A DNA stretch of 63,018 nucleotides, counting the filler, from Salisapilia sapeloensis CBS 127946 (Eukaryota > Protista > Oomycota): assembly GCA_023334545.1 (NCBI GenBank). It is 9 parts of 9 records of this genome, joined end to end, with 100 filler letters (N's around TTAATTAATTAA, not from the genome) between each part and the next. Parts side by side here need not be neighbours in the genome. Positions count along the whole stretch, not along the records: positions 1 to 17,732 come from JAADVB010000334.1; positions 17,833 to 25,162 come from JAADVB010000520.1; 7 more parts are not named here. One strand, given 5' to 3'. The notes under the pieces were generated by a model, which made no database searches, had not been told where the DNA came from, and was given only the letters and a program-made list of their open reading frames with translations. Shown here piece after piece: positions 10,801 to 20,458 of this stretch (positions within the stretch are counted from its first letter, which is position 1; each line of letters begins with the position of its first letter). The position numbers were made by a program, and so were the translations under genes.

Positions 10801-12230
10801 GCTGTTAGTGTTCCTGTCTTATCGCTGAATATGTGCGTCACTTGGCCTAGGTCGTCGTTCAGATCGGCGTTCCGGACGAGCGTTCTTGTGTCTGTCACTT
10901 CATCGTAGATGTGGATATCTTGCGTGAGGAAGTACGTTTGGTAGTTCTTCACGATCGCGATTGTAACGTAGAGCGTGATGGGGACAAAGGATGCGATGAG
11001 GATCCAGTAGTAGCCGAGATAGATGAACCACCCGAGGAGGTCATTCCGAAAAGGAGCTTCTCCTCTTGGGTCCCCTAGAAGCAAGTAGGTGGCGGTGGAG
11101 TTGTACGTGGCCACCCAGACGGAGCAGATGATGGCGCCAAGCACACACAGGACAAACAGTATCGCCAAGAGGACGCCGACGCCGTGGTTCACAATGGCCA
11201 GAATCTTACTCTGCTTGGTCGGCATCTCTGTCGACGACTGCGTGATCTTCGTATCTCGACCGGTGTTAAGCACGAGGCCGTAGATGAAAGCAGTGTTGCG
11301 GACGACAGAACCACGGAAGATGACATTCTTCAGGTCCACTGGTATCGTATGGCCTCGATGAGGCTCATACCGACCAGAGAACTTGTTGATGTCGTGGTTG
11401 GGTAGCTCGCAGATGACTCGGCCAGGGAGATTGCTAAGCGAGTGCGGGTTGCTCAGCTGCCCAAAGGTGCATGAGAGCGCTTGTCGGACCTTGAGATTCG
11501 TCTCACCGTCGAGCGACTTGGTTTCCACAAAGCAAATGCCGGTGGGTGCCGTCGGATCTGGTTCAGCGACGGCAATGAGGAGCAAGTCAGCAGGCACCGG
11601 GTCGTAGTTGCAGACCTTGAGGATAGACCCGACGCGGACATCTCGCCAGAAGATTTCTCGAAATGGCGTCGAAAGACCAGCGTTCGGCTCAAATAGTTGC
11701 GTCAGGCGAGCGTTCACTTTCCGGTCGGCCTGGTGCCGAGCGTTGTCTTCGATCGCAGCGAAGAGAGCGTCGATGGAGAGCACCATGAGGAGGACGATCC
11801 ATTGGTACGGAATGCCCCCGGTGGACGAGATTTCCGGGATGACTTGGCCGAGGCCGACGAGGAGAAAGTAAAAGTTGGCGACCTGCGTCAGGCGGTCGTG
11901 GAGGAAGCGAGGGACAAAGTTGAGCAGCGAGTACTTGGCTGTCACGACCGTGTTGTCACAATAAGCAGCGTTCTTCCCAGGAGCATTCAGGTAGACGACA
12001 CGAGAGGTCGCGGCGCTCAGACCCCGTTGCTTGGACGTATTCGCGCCTCTGAGCCTGATCCGACGACGTGCAGCCGGAACTTCTGTCGTTTCCTCGCCAT
12101 CGATGGAGGTGACATCCGCCTGGTCGATCGAAACGTAAGTGGAGATGGACGCATCGCTCCGGACGGATTCAAAGCGCTCGGTGCTGGAGCGATGCCGACC
12201 CCGCCGGGACGAATCCTCCGGGATGTCCAT
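7887..12230 (-). CDS. P4-type ATPase (phospholipid flippase) with C-terminal DysF-like domain
   Basis: DGET, DKTGTLT phosphorylation site, TGDK, GDGAND, TM4 PITL (PISL-type), YKN in TM5. Intronless. Start placed at MDIPED (12230); an upstream ATG exists at 12302. Confidence 0.95.
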   Translation of the reverse strand: MDIPEDSSRRGRHRSSTERFESVRSDASISTYVSIDQADVTSIDGEETTEVPAARRRIRLRGANTSKQRGLSAATSRVVYLNAPGKNAAYCDNTVVTAKYSLLNFVPRFLHDRLTQVANFYFLLVGLGQVIPEISSTGGIPYQWIVLLMVLSIDALFAAIEDNARHQADRKVNARLTQLFEPNAGLSTPFREIFWRDVRVGSILKVCNYDPVPADLLLIAVAEPDPTAPTGICFVETKSLDGETNLKVRQALSCTFGQLSNPHSLSNLPGRVICELPNHDINKFSGRYEPHRGHTIPVDLKNVIFRGSVVRNTAFIYGLVLNTGRDTKITQSSTEMPTKQSKILAIVNHGVGVLLAILFVLCVLGAIICSVWVATYNSTATYLLLGDPRGEAPFRNDLLGWFIYLGYYWILIASFVPITLYVTIAIVKNYQTYFLTQDIHIYDEVTDTRTLVRNADLNDDLGQVTHIFSDKTGTLTANEMNFRKMSVNGISYGRGTTEIGRDAIQRLGQKLSVRDLLADDAEEEDVRVDNVRFLDPTGDFYLDANGEKDSVQADKIHAFLTHLAVCHSVVVEQVIDGAEPTFSASSPDELALVSGANYFGYSFVARKSGAIVVRMPPSRGRGVHEFELLEVIEFTSARKRMSVVVRTPDKKVMVLTKGADTAIFPRIDLAKGDASLLETTQDDLERYATEGLRTLVIAQKEISNETFITWLKRYRQAVAALQGQPRHREELETKVEELEEELESGLELLGATAIEDRLQDKVSNTIGDLARAGVRLWVLTGDKEETAVNIAFACRLLDNDMERLAITGDRFPTHFSLFEMLVQQCIIARMRRQDRQKTNQQHRMSLIVDGQSLSMIFACTALRDFFLEVSQQCSTVICCRVSPKQKAQVVRLYKTSVRGCRTLAIGDGANDVGMIQEAHIGVGISGHEGMQAVNSSDFAIAQFRFLKRLLLVHGRWNYRRMAKLTLYIVYKNIVLYMAEYVFGLLSGGSGTLYYNNMWINGYNVLWTSVPIAVVAVSDQDVPARIAEQFPSLYSFGLRGEQFNLVIFTEWILEAMYEASVCAFVPALLGGYIDSQGYGYSREICGGISYCAMISVGWVKLALNTVTWNFVTVLSMFGSLLVWYLSAWVTSVMLPISISDTVFPYLFCLPEFYILMYLCLLLCLGRDFVYKAYKREFEPEYYHILQELHCKRSDPELAKWEAPSLELEPFEADLTQDPRDFEFGTDEEDVVLTPSKAKALQKAHAVESGEAYTGFAFSTAALDDRFLSPIRDLIIPVTLSMQKIGGVLSTRDLSNRPSSPTPSREPSASLSSFSSFESKVRELPMDEQVVYEIQRYQVFSGWGSTVPGHLLVTDPPRFTDADMTDGTACFDLSDWAIDREFGTTDQWQYATRMKDFLHLQDTNRLLSKDRRRLKKRLSKLVGRSVRRRRWVRKELVQVEDSIPEEANN

Positions 12231-12307
12231 GTAAAGACGCTGGACGAATAACGGAATGCATGAACAAGATGAAGGCAGGAGTTTTACCACAGTCCGTTTC
12301 ATTAGTT

Positions 12308-12739
12308 TCAAAGGTGTTTTTGCATCTTGCTTAGCATGGCTTTTCCGTCCTCCGGCTTGATCATCTCCTGACCGACAGGTAGAGAGAGGAGCTTGTCACC
12401 TTCGAAACGCGGGACGACGTGGATGTGGGCGTGGAACACTGCTTGCCCAGCAGCTTGACCGTTGTTCTGAACCACGTTGACACCATCGCAGCCCGTCGCC
12501 GAGGTTACAGCGTTGATAAGCTTGGGCAGCTCGGCGAAGACGCGGCCGGCGACATCCGCGGGCATGGCGGCGACAGTGGCGTAGCCTGGATCTTTAGGCA
12601 GGAGCAAGGCATGTCCTGGCACCGTTGGGAAGGCGTCGAGGATGGCAAGCACGTGTTCCGTCTCGAAGATCTTGTAACTTGGGATCTCTCCCTTGATGAT
12701 CTTGAGGAAGACGTTCTCCGGGTCGTACTCAACTTGCAT
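12308..12739 (-). CDS. HIT (histidine triad) family nucleotide hydrolase, HINT-like
   Basis: MQVEYDPENVFLKII, FPTVPGHALLLPK, QNNG, HAHIHVVPR histidine triad. Confidence 0.92.
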   Translation of the reverse strand: MQVEYDPENVFLKIIKGEIPSYKIFETEHVLAILDAFPTVPGHALLLPKDPGYATVAAMPADVAGRVFAELPKLINAVTSATGCDGVNVVQNNGQAAGQAVFHAHIHVVPRFEGDKLLSLPVGQEMIKPEDGKAMLSKMQKHL

Positions 12740-12870
12740 TCTCTTGTAGAATTTGTGGCGTCGGCTGATAACGGGGAAGCAAATCTTCAGAAGAAGCACG
12801 TGCGATCCTTCTGCGCCTGATACGAGATCTTGCCAGTCACTTCTTCTTCCTCTTCCCATTATCAACAGCC

Positions 12871-14575
12871 ATGCTCTACAGCGTAGCTGCGAACGAACTA
12901 GAAGGTCTCACCTTGTCGCCGGCGGTATCGCCAAAGGTGTCGCCCGTGGCGTCGCCGTACCGCCCGCGCCACCGACGCCGCAACTCCAAGTTACTAGACG
13001 GAGCTTTCCATCGAGTCGACCCGACACCCCCGGGCTGGGATATATCTCACAAGGCTGATGAGAATTCTCCGCTCATTTCAAAAGCCGATACGTGTGGCGC
13101 CGCCACCAAGGTCCATTATCGGCTCCAGGCCCCCGTCGTCCGCGCGGAGCTCCATGCTCTCTCGTTCCTCGCGACTCAAATGGTAACCTCATTGGTGCAT
13201 GTATCCCAAAGCCAGTGTCTTATTACCAATACGCCTATAGCTAATGTGCGGCTTCCTCGAGTGGATCCCGAGCTTCGTCACGAACGTCTACATCGGTCAT
13301 GTCGACGCCACGAAAAGCAGCGAGTTCCTCGCGGCACGGAGTTTGAGTGGTATTTTCCTCATGCTGTCCGGTTTCGCAGTGAACGTCTCTCTGGCCGCAG
13401 CCATGGACACCCTCTGCGCCCAAGCCGCCGGCGCCGGCAAGCTCCACGAGATGGGCATCTTCTTCCAGACCGGCCTCTTCCTCTTTCTCGTCGCCTTCGT
13501 TCCCGTGACGCTCATGAGTTACTTTTGCGTTGATATATTAGTTCTCCTCGGTCAGCGCCACGACATCTCACTCTTGGCGAGAGACCTCGTCCTGTACACT
13601 CTGCCTTCCTTTCCTTTCTACGCTGTTAACATCCTCCTGTGCCGCATCTTGGAAGGCCAGAACGTCATCCGGCCGCTCATGTACGCCGGCATCGCCTCCA
13701 ACGTCGTGTTTAATTCTCTAAGCTACGTGCTCATGTTCCACACTTCTCTCGGCTACAAGGGCGCGGCCGTGGCGTCCACTGCCCTCGCGGCGTGCTTCAC
13801 CCTCACTCTGTGCACGTACTTTGTCCGCAGTCCGCTCTACAAGCAGCAGTGGACCGGGTGGAAGATCAAAGAGGCTATCCAGATTATGCCAACATTCATC
13901 CGACTGGGTCTCTCCGGTCTTCTGATGACCTTGTCCATCTTCTTCGGCTTTGCTGCCATCGAGCTCCTCGCTGGCTTACTGCCGTCCCCGGACGTTGCCA
14001 TAAGCGCTGATGCAGTGTACGTGAGTTTCCGGTCACTCTGCTACCTCTTTTACGGTGCAGCGTCCAGCGCCACTGCCATTCGCGTCGGGAACGCTCTCGG
14101 CGCGAATGAACCGCATCGAGCGAAAACAACTGCTCTCTTGGGTGTCGGCCTGACTGTCGCCGTCTCGGGCACCAGTTCCATCGTCATGTTCGGCCTGCGG
14201 AACGTGTATCCATACGCATACACGAGCGACGAAGCTGTCGTGTCCGTCGCGTCGTCGCTTCTGGCACTCACGAGTCCGATGCAGATATTTGGCGGCATCT
14301 GCTCCGCCGTCGAAGGCATCTTTCGAGGGTGCGGACACCAAATTCTCGGCGCCAAGCTGAACGTCCTGGCGTTCGTCGTCACGGCCATACCGGTTGGGTA
14401 CTTCTTTGGCTTCGACATGCAAATGGGTCTCGTAGGTCTTTGGATCGGCATCTTCACTGGATTTGTCATCTGCGCCTGCTACGGCATGTACTGGGTGCTG
14501 ACGGTGGATTGGGAAGCCATGGCGTGGGAAGCGCAGGAACGAACGGAAGAAGCAGAGGAAGAAGAATTGTGCTAA
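12871..14575 (+). CDS. MATE family efflux transporter (one intron, 13183-13240)
   Basis: Exon 1 12871-13182 joins in phase 0 via a 58-nt GT..AG intron to LMCGFLEW. MATE motifs DTLCAQAAGA, RVGNALGA, EGIFRGCG, GLVGLWIG. Confidence 0.9.
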
Positions 14576-14655
14576 AGCTTTTCTATTCCAATCGGATTTA
14601 TAACTTTCAAATGCATTCAAAGAGCTCTAGACTAGTCTTCGTCTCGTTATTGTCC

Positions 14656-16287
14656 TTACGCCACCTCCTTTACGTACTCCTCGAAACGGACGACCATCGC
14701 AGATCGAGCCTCGTGAGTCATGATCTCCCAGTCGAGCTGGTACAGCCACACGAGACCGGCGACGGCGTAGATGCACAGGCCGACGATGTGTCCGTACCAC
14801 AGTCCGACGATGCCAAGGTTTCCTTTCATCGCGAAGAGAAGACCAAGCGGCACGCCGACGACGAACAAGAAGGCGAAATTGAAAAGGGCACAAAGGTATT
14901 GTCGGCCACAAGCTCGGAAGATGGCTTGGAGACCGTACGTGAAGCCGATACCAGGCACTACGTACATTGCGGTGTGAACGAGGTAGACGGCCGCGTCTGC
15001 TGCTTCGTCGTTCGGCGTGTAGGCGTATGCATACGGACGTGCAATGAGCGGCATGAGCGCCATACCGAGTACGGCAATGACCAAGCAACTGGTCGTGACC
15101 ATCCTGGAGATGATGAACGCTCGCCGCGCTCTGCCGGCGCCCAAGGCGTTTCCGATACGCACGGCGCCGGCGAGACTGACGCCTGAAAGAGGTTTGAGGA
15201 CCATCCCTACGAGTCCAACGAAAATCGCGTTGGTGCTGATCATGATGTCGGCATGGGGTAGCAGACCCGCAAGGAACGAGATGACTTGAAGACTGATCAT
15301 GGAGAAAAACATCATAAACATGCTGGAGAAGCTGAGCGTGACGAGTGGCTTCATGAGCTCAAAGGCGCGTCTGTGCTGCCATCCCGGCCAGGCGTTTACA
15401 AAAGCCTCGTTCTTGAGGACGAAAGGGATGAGTACGAGACTCTTGATGGTCCAATACAGAGGCACGGCGATGGCGATACCCCAGTAAGATAGAGACGTCT
15501 GGAAACCTAGATAGTAGGCGGTTGTGCCAGCAACTGCCCAGCCGATGGCTGTGCCGATCACATACGGCATCATCAGGTTCTGGGCTTGTAGAGCGCTGCG
15601 GATGGCACAGGCGATAATGGCTGGAGGAAGAACTGCACTCGAGATGAACATGAGTTGGCCGGCGAGATTCGCGATGGTTGGGTCTTGACCCATCGCTTCG
15701 AGTAGTGGTGCGCCCGTGAACATGACGGTGAAGAAGAACGGAAGACAAATTGTGTAGAGGATGAGACCTGCTTGACCGAAGAGCCACAGATCTTCTAGTT
15801 TTCTGGCACCAAAGGCATGCGCCGATTTGGTGTCGACGGCGGACATGATGCCGCCGATGACGCACCCGATGAGCACTTGGACGACCAAGTCCTGCAGCTG
15901 GAAACCAGCCAGGATCTCGGTACTGTGCTCCACATTCGTGTGACCGACCATCATGCCGAGTACCATGCTGGGAAGGAAGTTGACCGCCATGGCGAGCATC
16001 ATAGGCATGGACAAAGACCCGAGAAGCCATGCTTCTTCTCTCATGATGCTCCAGGACGACCACTCCATGTCTGCCCTGGCGGCGACATTTTCCTCGTTCT
16101 CGAGCAGAGCCTCGACAGCACTCACATCGTTGGAATAGCTGGTCGTGCGTGTGGAGCTGACTGGCGATATGAGCGGCGTGTCTTCCGATGCATTCTCTTT
16201 TATGTATTCGTAGACCCGGGTGACGTGCTCGTTCTGCTTTTCGTCCAGCTCGCGTAGTAGATCGTTTGCAGAGCAAGTGACTTCCAT
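14656..16287 (-). CDS. MATE family efflux transporter
   Basis: DTKSAHAFGA, RIGNALGAG, QAIFRACG, GIVGLWYG; convergent with the first MATE gene. Confidence 0.9.
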   Translation of the reverse strand: MEVTCSANDLLRELDEKQNEHVTRVYEYIKENASEDTPLISPVSSTRTTSYSNDVSAVEALLENEENVAARADMEWSSWSIMREEAWLLGSLSMPMMLAMAVNFLPSMVLGMMVGHTNVEHSTEILAGFQLQDLVVQVLIGCVIGGIMSAVDTKSAHAFGARKLEDLWLFGQAGLILYTICLPFFFTVMFTGAPLLEAMGQDPTIANLAGQLMFISSAVLPPAIIACAIRSALQAQNLMMPYVIGTAIGWAVAGTTAYYLGFQTSLSYWGIAIAVPLYWTIKSLVLIPFVLKNEAFVNAWPGWQHRRAFELMKPLVTLSFSSMFMMFFSMISLQVISFLAGLLPHADIMISTNAIFVGLVGMVLKPLSGVSLAGAVRIGNALGAGRARRAFIISRMVTTSCLVIAVLGMALMPLIARPYAYAYTPNDEAADAAVYLVHTAMYVVPGIGFTYGLQAIFRACGRQYLCALFNFAFLFVVGVPLGLLFAMKGNLGIVGLWYGHIVGLCIYAVAGLVWLYQLDWEIMTHEARSAMVVRFEEYVKEVA

Positions 16288-17559
16288 GGACACAGGTTGG
16301 CGAATTTATAAATGACGTCCAGGATCGGCTTGGGCCGGTAGGAATATTATATCACAGATCTGGGGAATTGCGTGCTTTCTTGTTCCAAGATATGAAGTTA
16401 TGAGTTATCCGATGACATCAGCAAGTGTCAATGCAAATAGCATTCCTCCTCCAGGGCACCGAGTACACCATTCTGGACTCTTTTGCGCAGTGCAGTATCG
16501 AATGCAGACTAAGGAAGCCTACTCGAGTGCTTCTGAAGCAGTGCTAGCAGAGTCGTGATGAGCTTCCAGTAGTGATGTTTCTGGACCAGCTGGCGTATCC
16601 ATCGAGGGTTTAAACACGCCCTTTGAGATCTCTTTACAAACGAGCCCATACAGAGCTACAGTCTAAAACCTGTTGAAGATGATAGGACATGTAGAGATGG
16701 ATTGTATCAAAGATAAAAGTTTCTTTGAGAACTCATGCGAAGGGATACACCGACCGCTGCGTGTAGTACGCGGGAATGAGTAGTCTCACACGATATGGAG
16801 CATCACAGAGTATAGTAGGTGTTTGTCTTCGTTTCGTCACGGTGATCCTAGGCTGGTTTCCTCGAAGAGTTTGTAGTCTAGACAACATCGTTCAAGGGCT
16901 TTAGGTCGTAGTTCTTACTTTTGGCAGTACACAGAATAGTTCACAATAAGAGTGTGATATAGGCCTAGCACACAAGAACGGTCGGTTGGCTAGACAAGAT
17001 GATTGTGTCGTTTTGCTATTTAGTTCTATCTTGTCTTGTGGTAACCACCTGACCCCTCTGTAGGAACTCCAACTGTTAAGGTTTCCATTCGGCTTCCTAC
17101 ATCGGTCTTTACGAGTTATATCGTAGTTCATCCTATGTAGAGCAATGCTTTTCGTGGGGACGTATTGAGTACTCCAGCAGGTTGTCCTCTTAACAATCTA
17201 GACTGTGTACTGAGTGTTATAGAATGACTGATTGAAATGTAGCCAGATAGCAATCGGCTCTTTGTCTAAGCGTGACTAATTTCGCTAGTTGTTCTAGCTA
17301 TAGGTGTGATGTTCGCTTGGGTTGGTGTACATGACTCATTATCAGTCCGTACATTCCTCTTGCTTGCGACATGGTAACATAGACAAGAAGAGGACGCCTA
17401 CTAGTATTTTTACGGCCAACATCCACGACAATGACAAACACAGCAAAGCACTTCAAGTCCAAACGTTCCTATACATTGATTCTCTCGTTCCTATAACGAG
17501 CGTCTTCTGTTCTGTCTTCCAAACACTTTCGTATCTATACATCCTCTACGTCCCCACAC

Positions 17560-17730
17560 TTATCGGCGAACAGCCTTGTTCTCGTCCTTTGCGAACAAAG
17601 CGTCGAACTGACGAGACTGGTTGATCGGGTTCTTTTGCAAATTCGCCATGCGGAAGCGGAACTGACGCCACGCACTTCCACGGTCGTCCTCGTGATGCAG
17701 CTCCGACGTACGAGCATTCTTGTTAAAATA
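17560..17730 (-). CDS. 3' fragment of a protein-coding gene cut by an assembly gap
   Basis: Open frame YFNKNARTSELHHEDDRGSAWRQFRFRMANLQKNPINQSRQFDALFAKDENKAVRR* with host-like codon usage, running out of the gap; function unknown. Confidence 0.5.
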   Translation of the reverse strand, partial: YFNKNARTSELHHEDDRGSAWRQFRFRMANLQKNPINQSRQFDALFAKDENKAVRR

Positions 17731-17732
17731 GA

Positions 17733-17832
17733 NNNNNNNNNNNNNNNNNNNNNNNNNNNNNNNNNNNNNNNNNNNNTTAATTAATTAANNNNNNNNNNNN
17801 NNNNNNNNNNNNNNNNNNNNNNNNNNNNNNNN
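17733..17832. other. Assembly gap spacer
   Basis: 44 N + TTAATTAATTAA (stops in all six frames) + 44 N. Confidence 0.99.
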
Positions 17833-19030
17833 AGAAGAGAAAAAGGAGAGCGAAGCGAAAGTATCTTCTATCTCGATCATGGCAGAATTTTCTAAAATTA
17901 AGTCGGACATCACCGAAGGCAGGTGGATAAGCAAGTAGCCATGTCTCTGCTGAGACCGAACGAGTGCACAAAGTCAGGACGGTGACTATATGAATGACAA
18001 AATGCGGATATATATCAAGCATAAGACCAAAATGGGAGCTCAGAGGCGTACCCGTCCTAGGTTACCAGTGTAGCAATCTTTTCAGATCGATTGATAGCAA
18101 AACACTTGCGCATAGACAGCATCCAACACCATTCAGTTTAGCTAAAAGTGAGCGCTTTTAGCCTTCAGACCGCGGACACTAGAGGGTCAGTCGCACGTTG
18201 AAGACACAAGAGCAGGCCGTTTTTCGACGCAGCACTAGCAATCGCTTGCATGATAAAGCCCCTTCTTTGGATCAGGCAATAAGCCTAAGCTAAATTCGCA
18301 ATGGCCATCGGAGCGTCGAAATGCTTTGTGTGCAGCATAGGGACCATAACTTGACACGCTTCAGTATTGAAAGAGACTGCATTATCTTTTGAAAGTTAAG
18401 ACGATTAATCCGTCCACCTAGTAATACGGACCGACCCTAGTTATGGACACCACATCATAACTCAAGACTACTCCTATGTTTAGCATGTGCACCCACTTTG
18501 CTGTTTCCTGCCAATGCTGTGGTTGGTATATGCAGAGGACATGTTATTTGCTCAAGGGAGCGTTTCAGGTAGTTTGATGTCAGCGCTGCCTTCGTTACGA
18601 GCACTCCAAGAAAGGTGGGACTTAATCTTATTCCCTCGGAAGTTACAAAGACCATGTGAGTGGAGAGGAGGTAAACGTGAAGAGACTGGCTTGGTGTCGT
18701 TTCGTGTGCTTATGGTTTGAATTCACTATATGGAGCAGTCGGTTCTTTAAATCTCCTGCGCCTATCAATATCGTTTGTTTCGGTCTAGCCAAAGCAGATC
18801 CCGAACACCATCGTAAGCGGATAATCAGATACCTCCGAAGGATCAACAACATTGTCCAGCTTTCTGTTCAAGGTATGTTACCATATCTAGCTAAACATAA
18901 GCCAAAGGCAACAAAGGGCTGCATATAAAGCACGCAAACAATTTTCCCGCCGCACCGTCACTACCAAAAGAATTGGCACGGCTCATCCTTTTCATTGCCA
19001 CATTAGCACGCTAGTACTATATCCGAGAGC

Positions 19031-20458
19031 ATGACGACGGAGTGGAGCGCATATGCGTATCAAGACTTTCACCTCTCGGAGGAAAGGAAAGCTGATTGCA
19101 AGTACACTGCAATGATACTCATTCATGAAGGGTTTCGAAACTATTAAAAGTTCGATCGCTCCGTACCTCGGAAAGTGGATTGTGAACGCTGGAAACCGAT
19201 CACGTCCTCCAACTATGTGACCATGTACCGTGAGCGGCACCCGTCTCGGCGTGTGGTGAAAGATTCGTGTACGAGCAGTGCGGGCTGTCAAATGCCTCAT
19301 TTCATCGTCGGTAATGGGACAATATCAAGCAATGTGTATGACCTCTTGTTCGGTCTCGTGAACGGCGACGAACCTGCACTTTCGCAAAGTGCCAACTACG
19401 CCGGACACCCAACGACAAATGCCCAGATTTTCTCAACAATCGAGAAGCCGAGTCTGGAGCATCCGTATCGTTGCACTGCTCTCCAATGGCATGTTGGTAG
19501 TCCAAATCTAGCACTCCGAGGAGTTGTCAAGGACCGAGATGTCGTCTACATTCAGGCAAATGGCATTCTGCAAGTCAATAAAGACGAACGCATCGGATAC
19601 TATCTCGCGCATTCAGTCGACTTACCGTCGACTCCTCTACTTGATGGACAAGGCATTATCCGTAGCCGTATATCGACTTGTGTCCTTTTTAAACCCACGT
19701 CGGATGAATTAGTCGAAGTGTTCACTAAAGCATATTACGAGGTGGTTGGAAACAATCTCATCAACTCGATCGCTGCGGTCACACTGGCCAGTACACTCAT
19801 GGACACTTGATCCTCGGCCCATTGTGTGAAGATGAAGAAGCTTTCGTGACTCCTTCAGCGAAAGAATGTGAACAAGAATGACTTGATGGGCTTTATTGGC
19901 AGCGGGAAAGCTCAAAACAAGTCCAACTGTCGGTCTTGCAACAAGAAGTTCGGGCCCTTACGCAAAGCTTACCCGTGCACCTTGTGTGACTCGTCCGTCT
20001 GTAGCAAATGTGTGATTGCTCTGGAGCTACTCGAATTCGGTTCCTGCTTGAAACTAATGGCCAAGAAGGTTCGACTCTGTCTTACTTGCGACCAGTTCAC
20101 AAACCAGGTCAGCTCGTACAAGGTAGCTCGACAGGAAATTCGAGCTGGGCGGTACGAGAAGGAAGGCATTGGATCTACAACCGTTGAGCAGTCTAGAATC
20201 TCGCAATTGTCCGAAGATTCGAGCGATCTAACCGGCAAAGAATCCTGCGCTGGTGAAGTCTACGACTTCGACAATGAGCAACGTAGCCCTCCCACGGAAG
20301 GCTCGCTGAACGCCTACGCCCATTTTACAGCATCTATCAATAACGCTCAAGTTGTAGAGTCCCAAAGAAGATTCTCAGATGAAGACCGTCCTATACGAGG
20401 TGGCCCGGGAAATGAAGCCGAATTGGATACGATGATTGAAAAGTTTGGAGAAGAATAA
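19031..20458 (+). pseudogene. START-like domain + FYVE-like zinc finger gene (oomycete family) with three in-frame stops
   Basis: One frame from ATG 19031 to 20458 with stops TAA 19145-47, TGA 19808-10 and TGA 19847-49. START-like motifs (TMYRER, ALQW, RDVVYI) and 8-Cys CxxC array (CRSC, CTLC, CSKC, CLTC). N-terminus is homologous to the paralogues at 47562 and 49342. Confidence 0.85.

Noticed and set aside
17777-17788. TTAATTAATTAA palindrome repeated eight times in the window
   Set aside because: Always centred in 44N+12+44N blocks, so it is an artificial six-frame-stop scaffold spacer. ORFs ending in ...XXXLIN are artefacts.
17833-18022. ORF with a signal-peptide-like start and RYFR, a possible RxLR effector
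   Set aside because: Not RxLR, no dEER, no coding bias, and it runs into a gap.
18455-18655. FVTSEGI / FLG words suggesting a reverse transcriptase remnant
   Set aside because: Motif order is wrong and there is no YxDD or other supporting sequence.
19145-19849. Stop-codon reassignment or readthrough in the START-FYVE gene
   Set aside because: TAA and TGA end many intact genes here, and the paralogues have CAA at the first site.
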